Shown: piece after piece, positions 23,809 to 33,900 of the stretch
How the letters are laid out: the number at the start of each line of letters is the position of its first letter
Numbering within the stretch: the stretch's first letter is position 1
Source: Scenedesmus sp. PABB004
Taxonomy: Eukaryota
Direction: 5' to 3'
Length of the DNA stretch: 64,000 bases
NCBI GenBank assembly: GCA_014905635.1
Contig: JABVCE010000015.1
Location: 806,001-870,000 of the forward strand
The notes under the pieces: generated by a model
The model's database searches: none
What the model saw: the letters and a program-made list of their open reading frames with translations, nothing else
What the model was told of the DNA's origin: nothing
Translations under genes and position numbers: made by a program

Positions 23809-26336
23809 TCAGGTGTCGGTCTTGCTGCGCTTCACGCCCAGCACGCCCTTGAGCGCCTCGTACGTCACCAGGCGGATGGCGTTCTGGGGCACCACCTGCG
23901 CGCGCGAGCGGGCGGCGGGCGAGGAGGAGGAGGGGGAGGAGGGGGCGGTCGGCGCTCGGCGCGCGCAGGCGCAGCGGCGCGGCGCGGCGGCAGTCGCGGC
24001 GGCGTCGCGGCGGCGGGAGCGGCGGTCGCGGCGGTCGCGCGCGCTTGCCTTGATGGTGTTTGCCGTCCAGCCGCGGTAGAAGCCCCGCAGGCCCTCGCCC
24101 GCCCAGATCGCGCGGAAGGCGTGGCCCTGCCCCGTGTAGGTCGACCCGCGCATCTGCGCGGCACAGAGGGAGGGGGGGGGGTGTTGTCGGCGGGCGTGGG
24201 GTGAGCGGCCGGGCGCGGGCGGGGCGGAGGCGCCGCCCCGCACGAGCGCGGGCGGCCCCCGCCCCCCGCTCCAACCCGACCAGCGCCCTCGGCCCTCGGC
24301 CCCGCCGCCGCGCCCCTGCAGCCGCCCCCGCCGCCGCCGCCCCCGCCGCTGCGCCGCGCCGCGCCGCGCCGCGCCGCGCCGCGCCGCGCCTGCATGCGGC
24401 GGCGGATGGTGTCCAGGGGGTAGCAGGCGGTCGCCGCGATCGTCCCCGCCGCGCCGCCCATAAACAGGTTGGCCACCGCGCTCTGCGGCCTGGGCGGCGA
24501 CGCGGTGGACGGCGCGGACGCGGGCGCGGCGGGCGCGGGGAGCCAGGGGCGTGTGCGTGAGTCAGGGGGGCGCGCGGGGCGCGGGCGCGTGGGGCAGGGG
24601 CGCGGGCAGGCACGCGCACAACGCCACACACGCAGCCACTCACGCAGCGCCACGCGCGCCCTCGGTGGGTTCAGATAACCCCTGAACCCTTAACCTCTAA
24701 ACCCCTAAGCCCTCCACGCACTTCTCCCCGTGGTAGACCGTGGACTTGAGCAGGTCGTACGTCGCAAAGTTGAGCGCAGCGTAGGGAGCAATGCCCACCA
24801 GCGTGGGCGCGAGGCCCTTGTACAGGCTGCCCGCGCCCTCGGTCGTCACCATGCGCCGCGCCGCGTCGACCGCGCCTGCGGGCAGCGCGGCGCGCGGCGC
24901 GGCGCGCGGCGGGCAGCGCGCGCGGTGGGCGGCGAGCGCGGCGGCGGCGGCGAGCGGGCGCGCGGCGGCGGGGGATAGCCCAAAGGCGCCGGCGCGGGCG
25001 CGGGCGCGCCGCGGGGCCCCTCCGCGCCGCGCGGCGGCTCGGCTCACCGTTGTAGTTGTGCCCCGGCAGCGCGAGGCGCAGGCGCACCGTGTCGAGCGGG
25101 TGCGTGAGCGCAGTCGCTGTCATGCCCGCGCACGCGCCCGCGAGCAGGCGCCGCGGCACGGTCAGCTCGCCGTGGTCGTTGGCGAGGAGGCGCTTGTAGG
25201 TGTCGTTGGCCGCGAGCTGCGGCGGCGGCGGCGGCGGCGGCCGGGGGGCGGCGGCGCGGGTTTGCGGCGCCGACCGCGCGCGCGTCGGCTGCGGCGGCCG
25301 CGCTCCCGCGTGGCGGCGGGGGCTGCGCGGCCCTCCTCCTCGGACGTCGGGGCTGCAATCCGGGCTGCAATCTCAGTAACTGTTGCTCTGAACTGACGCT
25401 GAGCTCGGTCCGACAGCTCTTGCTCTGGACAAGAGTTCAAGCTGCAGTTCAAACGAGAGTTCAAACGAGAGTCCCAGCTGCAGTCCGCACCTGGCCCGCG
25501 GAGTATGGGAAGATGCGGATGATGTTGACGCCGTTGCCCTTCCAAAACGCGGTGAACCCCTCCTCCCTGCGCGGTGGACAGGCGGCGGCGGCGACCAGGC
25601 GGCAGCGGGCAGGCGGTGAGCAGATGGCGGCGGGCAGGCCGCCGGCGACGCCGCGCGGCGCGAGCTGAGCGCCCGCTGCGAGCCGCGCGGCGCGCGCGCC
25701 GCGCGCCTGAAGATCTTGCGCGCCGCCTGGCCGACGCCGGTGTAGGCGTCGGCGGTGGTGCCACTGCTCGCGACCGCCTGCACCTGCGCGTTCCGCGGTG
25801 CGCAGCGGCGGGGGCGCTCGTGCGCCCCGCTCCCGGTCTGCGGCGCCGCCGCTGAGCGCCGGCGGCCGGCGGGGCGTGCCGCACCTGGAACAGCAGCTTG
25901 ATGCGGTCCAGGGGCGCGGTGGCCGTGCGCGCGACCGCGCCGGCGGCGCCGCCTGCCAGGAACATCCTGCGGAGTGCGGGTTCGAGCAGCGCCGGCGGGC
26001 GGCGGGCGCGCGTTGCTGCGGCCGCGCGCCGCGCCGTGTGCGCCGGCCCCACCGTCCTGAGCTGGCACTGCAGCGCATCCCCGGGGCGTGCCGGCGCGCG
26101 CTGGCCCACCGGCGGCCGCGGGGCGAGGGCGGCAGCAGCGCGGCGCGCCGCGCCGCCCCCGCCGGCGTGCCGGCCCCGCGGAGCTGCCCGCCGGCGAGCC
26201 CGGGGCGTTGACAGGCGTCCCACGAAGCTGGTGCGCGCCCTGGCCGCCGGTCCCGGCGCCCCCGTGCGGCGCACGTCCCCGCTCACTTGGGGGAGTCCCA
26301 GGCGCCGCCCTGCCGCGCCTGGGGAGGGGCCGCCAT
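23809..26336 (-). CDS. Mitochondrial carrier family protein, TAAC/PAPST-like adenine nucleotide carrier, 9 exons
   Basis: Three PxD/ExxK/RxR repeats: APLDRIKLLFQ, HPLDTVRLRL, YPLDTIRRRMQ. Also FWKGNGVNIIRIFPYSA. Short exon 1 (MAAPPQARQGGAWDSP-K) is spliced to MFLAGGAAGAVARTA. Ends GVKRSKTDT*. Confidence 0.92.
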
Positions 26337-27920
26337 GGCCTGCAGGCCACCCCCGAGCGGCACGGGCGCGTGTGCGGTCGCCAGCTTGCCCGGTGGCGCA
26401 GAAGGCGCGCGGGGGCGCGAGGGAGGCGCCGGTTGGGCGCGCGCGGGTCCACGGGCCGGCACACGCGGGCTACGTGGCGCGATTCAGGCCCGGGTCGCGT
26501 CGAATCAGTCGCGGTCGGGGCCGCTGGGCGCTGGCGCGGCGCGGGCGCGGGCGGCGCGAGCAGTGCGGGCTGCGAACGGCGCGTGCGGCGCAAAAACTGG
26601 GCGACGCGAGCAATCTTTGTGCAGGGCGGGCGGCGCGGCGGGCGGCGGGCAGCGAGCGGCGCGCGGCGGCGGCCGCCGCCCGCGCGACGTACCGCACCTC
26701 GCGAGCGCGCGGCGCGGCGCCGCGCTCGGCACGCAGCTGGGGCGCGCCACGCAGCGCTCTCTCTGAGCTCGCGGCGCAGCTGGGACGCGCGCCGGAAGGC
26801 GGCGCCGGTTGCTGGCGCCGCCGCGGCGACCAGCGGCCAGCCGGCGCGCGCGGCGGCTCGGCGCGGCCAGAAGAAGGGCGTTACCCGCCTCAGGGGCCAG
26901 TCGAAAGGCGAGAGGTTGCAAGATGATTGGGTTTGGGTTTGATCACGGCGCGCAGAGGCGGCACAGCACCAACCACGCGGCGCGCGTTTAATTCTTGAAG
27001 GGCGCGCGGGCGGCCGAGTGCGGCGCGGCGGCTCTGCGCAGCCGCAGCCCGCGAGCAGGTGAGCAAAGCAAGCAAGCAGCAAGCATGCGGGGGTTGGCGC
27101 CGCCCGGGCGGGCGCGCGCTGCGGGGCAGACGTCTGGCCCGCGCGCGCGCGCCGCCCGTGCGGCGGGCGAATGCGCTCCGCGTGGACGTGCGGAGCGGCA
27201 GAAAAGGGTAGCAAAACGGCAGTAGTAATAATGTACAACAACATCCAGCATGTAAGTGGATGCTCAGCTGATTGGATGAAGCTTGTTGTTGGTGAGGGAC
27301 GGCGGCGGTGCCACACACCGCGTCCCCGCCGGGATGGCCGCGCGCGGCAAGCTTGGGAGGGGGCTGAGTCCAGCTTGCGGTGAGCGCTCAAGTCATGCGC
27401 ACTGACGACGACGACGGCAGCCGTGCACAACACAGCCAAGGAACAATTCCGCGTGACTGGCGGGCCCAGCGCAGGCCCAGCCAGGTTTAGGTGGCTGCGC
27501 AAGAATCGCAGTCCGAGGGCGGTGGAGGCGCCAGGTGCGCCTCAACACCTTCGGGCAGTGCATGCGGGAGGATGGGGTCGGGCGCCCTGTGCTTAGTGCA
27601 GCGCAGGGCTTTTTGATGTGAAGCGAGGCGTGCGTTGGACACAACGCTGAATCACTGCCACACAACGCGGTCAAAAGCAGCCGCCGGCACCGAACGGGCG
27701 CCCGGCAGCCCACAAAACAAGCGTGGCCAGGGTTTGGTAGACGCGCCAGGGACGCGGCCAGTGCACACACAAAACGGCGCAGCCAACCCTGCAAATAGAC
27801 GATGCAACGCGGTCGCAAGGAGCAGCTCGCACAAACGGCGGCAGTTGAATGGCGCGTCGGCGCGCTGGGGTCGGGTTCAGATGCTGCAGTGCGCGCCTTG
27901 CACGGCGCCCGACGGACGTT

Positions 27921-30900
27921 TCAGCCGTCAAACACCCACGACCAGGTTCTGCTGCCGTGCATGATTTGGACCCACCCAATAAAGCTCGCTTGCGGGCCGG
28001 AGCTCACGACGCGCACTGGGCGGCGGGCGAGCGGCGCGGCGGCAGCAGGTCAGCAGGCTGCGGCGCCCTGGGCCAGCACCCCGGGCCCCGCCCCGGGCGA
28101 GCCCGGCGCACGGGCTGGGCTCGTGCGCGCACCGTCATGGATCACTGCCTCCGCCAGGAACGAGGGCGTGAGCACCTGGAGCGGCAGCGCGCCGGGGTTG
28201 GCCGCCCACCTGCGCGGCAGGCGCGGGCGGGCGGTGAGCGGGCGCGCACGCGCGGGCGCAAGACTCCGCGCCAGCCCGGCGTGCGCGGGCGGGCGCGCAC
28301 CAGGCGAGGGGCTTGTAGTTCGCGGTGCCGCGGTCCCACTGCAGCACCTGGTGCGGGCCGTCCGCCGTGGCCTCGTTGAAGAGCCGCGCCCCGGCCGGCA
28401 GTGTGTCGGGCGCCGGCGCCGGCAGCGCGCCCGCCGCGCCGAGGTGCTCGCGAATCCACCACGCCGGCGCCGCGTCGCCCGGCGCGCCGGGGGCGTGCGC
28501 GGTGGTGGTGAGCCACTTGTTCACGCTGGCCGCCCAGGTGGTCGCGTTGACGCTCCTCGCCGGGTCGTAGCGCAGCTCCACGTACGGCCCGCCCACGACC
28601 GCGCCCGGCAGCGCGCCCGGCACCGCGACGGTGAGCTGCAGGCTCGGCCCGAGCGCCGCGCCCTTGGTGCCGGTGTTGCCGCGGTAGTTTGCAAACCGCA
28701 GGGTGCCGCCGGAGATAAAGTCGGACAGCTTGAGCCCGCCAAAGAGGCCGGGCGCGTAGCCCTCGAAGCCGCGGCGCCCGGGGAAGGCGAGGGCGACGTG
28801 AATCTCGTCGCCCACCCCTGCCGCCGTGCCGTCGGTCGCGACGCGGAGCGCCTTGGTGATGGCCGTCGTCGTGCCGGGCCGCGTGGGCTTGCTGGTGGTG
28901 ATGCCCGAGGTGATGTTTACAAAGGGCGACGTGAGGATGGAGAGCGTTGTTATGGCGGCGGCGGCGTTGGACGAGAGCGTCTGCGACGCAGTCGCGGTCT
29001 GGATGACCGAGACGTTGCCGTCGACCGCGTCCACGGCCCAGGCGACGCTGCGGCGCACGAGGACCTGCCACGTCTTGTCCCGGATCGTGGCGGCTGCGTT
29101 TGCGGCGCTCAGATCGCGCTCATACGCAACCAGCGCGGATGCGCCGACGACCAGCGATACATTGCTGGCCTGTGCGCGGCGGGCGGGCGCGCGCGGTGGG
29201 TGAGCGGCGGCGGCCAGCTGCGGCGGCGGCAGAGCGCTGCGCGTGCCCTGGCTGGACTGCTCGCAGCAGCAGCAGCGCACACACCAGCACGCAGCACTTG
29301 TCGGCGGTCTCCGCGCCCGAGGCCACGCCCGCCAGGTCAACGCCCGCCTTGGCGGCGTCCCCGACTGCGTACAGCTCGTCAGGGGCGCCGCAGCGCGGCC
29401 TCAGCGCATACGAGGTGGTGCCGCACGTCGTGCCAGCCCCAAACACCTGTGTGGCGCCGGCACGGGTGCGTGGGAGGCGCGAACCACACGCGTTTGCTGC
29501 ATGCTGCGCGCCCGCGCGGGCGGCCATACGCGCAGCAGCGCAGCGCCGGCTCGCCAGCGCCGCGCACCGCGAGGCAGCAGGCGCCCCACGACCCAGCGCC
29601 GCCGACGGCGAGGCCTGCCAGCGGCGTCGACGCGGCGCGGGCGCGGCCGTTGGCGCCGCAGTCGAACGCCCCGCCGCCAACGTCGCCGCACGTCGCGCCG
29701 GCGGGGTACAGGGCGTCTGCGTTGTCAAAGGTCCAGGTCCAGCTCTTGGCCGGGGCACCGCCGACGGCCGGGTAGCTCGCCCGCACGTGGCCCCAGTAGC
29801 CTGAGACAGGGCCGTTGGTGACGAGCCGGACTGCAAACGCGCGGGCGCGGCAGAGGGGCGTGAGCGCGCACGCGCGCGCGCTGCGGGGCGGCGCCGCGGC
29901 TGGCACGACGCGCGTGCGTGCGGGTGCCCAGCCGGCGGCGCAGTGCCCGGCGGGCGGCCCCCGCGCTCACTCACTCTCGTGAACGACGGCGGAGTTGATG
30001 AAGTCTGGATTTTGGAGCAGAACGAACGGCGCGGTGCTGTTGTCGGGCCAGCCGGGTATGGCGCCACCGCCGCCGGCCTTGCCCTTGCCGGTGAGCCAGC
30101 TGGAAATCGGCAGGTTTGTCGCCGTGTAGTCCCTGCGCGCGGCGCGGCGGGTGGGAGGGACGGCTGCGTCAGCCGCAGCGCGGCAGCGGCGCCAACGGCG
30201 GCACGCCGCCCGCCGGCCTCAACCCCCCCCCCCCCGGCTGCGCGGGCGCTCGCACCAGTAGTAGGTGGCGAGCGGCAAGCCTTCGGGCGAGGTTCTGTTG
30301 AACCGCCGCAGGTAGGGGCCCGTGACGGCTAGGTTGACCGACCCGGAGACGCCCACGCTCATGTTGGCCAGGCCCGGCACGTACTCGATGCACCACGGCG
30401 TCACGCTGCCGTCCACCCACGAGCCGGCGCCCGCCCAGGTGAGGCGGCTGACCTGCCACTCGTTGGACGGCACCTGGGGCGACTTGGTGGGCTTGCTGTA
30501 CACCGGCTCCAGCACGAGGAGCACGCTTGGGCCGGACGTCCGCGCGGCGGGCAGCTGCCCCGGCACGACGAGCAGGAGTTGCAGGAACTGCGACACGGTC
30601 GGGTTGAGCTCGGCCGGCAGTGACGGCGCCTTGAACCAGGACCACTCGATGGACCCGCCGTTGCGCATGAGGTCGATGAAGGGAAGGCCGCCCAGCAGGC
30701 CGGGCTTGTCGTTCGCGTCCTTTCCCGGGAAGGCGATGCCCAGCTGGATGCGGTCCCCGACCGAGTTGCTCGAGCCGTTGGTCGTCACGCGCAGCGCGCG
30801 CGTGAGCTGCGCGCCGCCGACGGTCGGCGCGCCGCTCAGCAGCGTCGGTCCCGGGGCGTACGAGCTGTTGGCGGCGTTGTCGAGCGGCACCGGTGCGGGC

Positions 30901-33900
30901 GGGCCGTCGGCAAGCGTGGCAAAGGTGGCGCGGGAGATCGGTGCAAGCGACGTGCCGGCGACCTGGGGCTGGGTGTACAGCGTGAACCAGCGCTTGTCCG
31001 GGAGCCGCCCGTAGTCAGCGGTGCTGGTGATGTTGTCGTAACCCGCCAGGAGCGAGGTCACCGACTCGACGACCGTGCTCCGCTGCGCGGCAGGCGGGCG
31101 GTTTTGTGGGCGGGGTTTTGATAGGCGCGTGGTGGCAGCGTGCATGGGGCGGGGGCGGCTGGGCGGCTGGGCGATGGCAGGAGGAGGGAACGGGGCGGTC
31201 GCCACTCACGGCAATGCAGCAAAGGGCGGTGGCGTCGCTGCCATTGACCACCAGGCCGGTCACGCTGGCGGCGGCGTCGACGTCGGTGAAGGGCCCGCCG
31301 CACAGCGCGGCGATGCCGGACGTGCCGCAGGTGACGCCCGAGCCGTAAAGTTGGAGCTGCATCCATCGGCGGCGGGGCGCGGCGCCGCGCGTCGGAGCGG
31401 GGCGCGTGAGCGACCGGCGCTGCCTGCGCCGGCTGCGGCGCTCACGTGGGTACGCGTGCGCACGCGCGCGCGTGTGGGGCGGGAGCTGCGGCGCGCGCGC
31501 ACCACGACGGTGCAGCAGGTGTCCTTGGCGCCGCCCTCAGTCTGGCCGGCGATGCTGGTGGCGTTGACGTCCAGGCCAAAGGCCCTGCCGGTGCCCTTGC
31601 CTGCGGGTGAACAGCAGCGGCGGCGCGGAAGCGTCAGCACAGCAGGGGCTGCGCGCCCGCTCGCGCGCGCGCGCCGCCAACCGAGGCCGTCCCGCAGTCG
31701 CTCACATGACACAGCCTTGGGCGTCGAGGCGCCGTCGCTGCCGCAGGTCGCGCCAGCTGGGTAGCCCTGCAGGAGGCGGGCCAGCGCGGGGCGCGTCAGG
31801 GGGCGTGTGGCAGACGGGCCGCTGCAACGCCGGCGTCCGCGCCTGGCGCACTGCGCGCGCGCTCTCACCGCGCAGCACACCGCCTCGGCTGCGGCGGCCG
31901 TCAGCCCCGCGACGCTGGCAGTGGGGCGCAGCCCGTTGGGGAAGGGCAGGAGGGAGGTGCTGCAGTTGTATGCGGGCGCCCCGCCCGCAGCTGGCCCGGT
32001 GACGTTGCCGCACGTGGCGCCCGGCGCAAAGAGCTGCGGTGTTTTGGGCGCGGGCGGCGTGTGACAGAGGCGAGCTGCCGGCGGCAATACGCGCCCAGCC
32101 CGCGGCCCCGCTGCAGTCGCCTGCTGGCCACGCCGCGGCCACGCGCCGCCGTCGCGAACTCACCGCGTCGCAGCAGATGCCCCTGGCCTCTGCTGCCGTC
32201 TTGCCGCTGATTGGAGTGCCTGAGCTGCTGGCCTTTGCCTGCCAGCTCGGCTGCGTGGTCGTGTTGCTGCGGGCGGCGGGGGCGGCGGGTGGGCGCTGCG
32301 CGCAGCGCGTCCGGCAGCCGGTGGCCGGCGCGCGCAGCGCCGCTCACCACTGCAGCGCGTCGTTCGCGGTGCCGTTGCCGCTGCGGTCGCCGCACGTTGC
32401 GCCAGTGGAGAAGACGGCGTCGCAGCACGTGCTGCGCACAGCGTCCGAGCCGGGCACCAGCCGGGCGATGGCGATGCTGGTCTGGTTGCCCTTGGCCTGC
32501 GGCAGGCGGCAGCGGGGCGGCGTGGGGCGTGCGCGGCGCGCAAGCAGCGCGGCGCGAGCGGCGTGGCGCCACCCACCGTCCAGGCAGTGACAGGTGTGCA
32601 GCTCACAGCGGGCGAGGCGTTGGCACAGGTCGTGTTTGCAGCATAGAGCTGCGGCGGAGCGGCGGCGGGTCGGGGCGTGCAGCGGGCTATCAGGGCGCCC
32701 GCCGCGCGCCCCAAGCGCTGACGGGCCGAGCGCGCCGCGGCGCACCGGGATACAGCACGCGTCCCTGGCGGCCGACATGGTGAGGCCGGCGATGCTCAGG
32801 CCGACGTCGGCCGGGTCCTGGGCGGTGCCGCTCAGGCAGGCCACGCGCACAGCAGGAGACGCGCCCGGCTTGGCATTGGTGCACGTCGCGCCAGCCGGGT
32901 AGAGAGCAGTGCAGTCGCCTAGCCCCGTGCTGGCCCACTCTGCCGCGTCCGTGCCAGCGACGAGCGTGCAGCGCACGCCGGGTGGTGTGCCTTCACCGAC
33001 GCACGTTGCGTTGCAGGTGGCGCCCACGCCGTTGAGGCAGAGGCTGGGCCACTTGGCGTTGGTTGCGTTGATGGGGATCGGCAGCGGGCAGGTGACTGTG
33101 CGGCAGCGGCGCAGCGCGCACGTGAGCCAGCGCGGTGGCCGGCGCCCGCGCTGCACTGGCGGCGCGCGAACGCCAGCGCTGCAGCGCGCGGGGGCGCACT
33201 CTTGGTGCAGGCGCCCGACGGCGTGGTCCAATTTCCAAGTTTCTTGTCACAGGTCGAGGTCACGCCGCCCTTGAAGATGGCCTCGCACACAGCGGTGCAC
33301 TCGTCGAGGTTGGCGCAGGTCGGCCACGCCGCGTTGGCGACCGCATTGGGCTGGCCGGTGCACGGCTGCAGCACCGCTGGGGGATCAGGGCATGTGGTGC
33401 TGTCCTCCACCCAGGTGCCGTTGACCCCGCACGTCGCGGTGCGCGTGCCATACCCTGTCGAGCACACGCCGGTGCAGACGTCACCCTCGACGTAGCCCGC
33501 ACACTCCTGGCTCCACGAAACGCCGGCGAACAGTGGCGGGTAATCGCAGACGTGCACGTGGACCACTGCGGAAGCAGCGGTGTGTGTGAGCAGCACACGG
33601 CCGCGCTGCAGTCGGTGCCGCGCCCTGTTCGACGCTTGGTCCCCCCCGGCCGCTGCCGCCGCACCTTCCACAAAGCTGGCACCCGTGGAGGAGTCAACCG
33701 GCACGAACGCTGCGGCGCTGCCAGAGGTGTTCAGCTCAACGTTGGCCGCCTCTATGGCAGCGTTGACCACGTCCACCAGCTCCGCCACCGCCACCGCGAC
33801 CGTCTCCGCATCCCCGCTGGTGGCCTGCAGCGCCTGATGGGCGCAGGCGGGCGTGCAGGCAGCAAGCCATGGGCGCCTGGGCAGCCGCGCACGGCGCGCC

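Noticed and set aside
25434..25470. GTTCAAA motifs resembling a tRNA T-loop or pol III B box
   Set aside because: No cloverleaf or A box could be built.
27215..27295. AT-rich imperfect inverted repeat, possible snoRNA or ncRNA
   Set aside because: No clear C/D or H/ACA boxes and weak pairing.
28135..28137. ORF-track stop as the end of secreted gene copy A (and 38657 for copy B)
   Set aside because: Two further introns lead to a terminal exon homologous to the end of domain D1, with true stops at 27921 and 38443.
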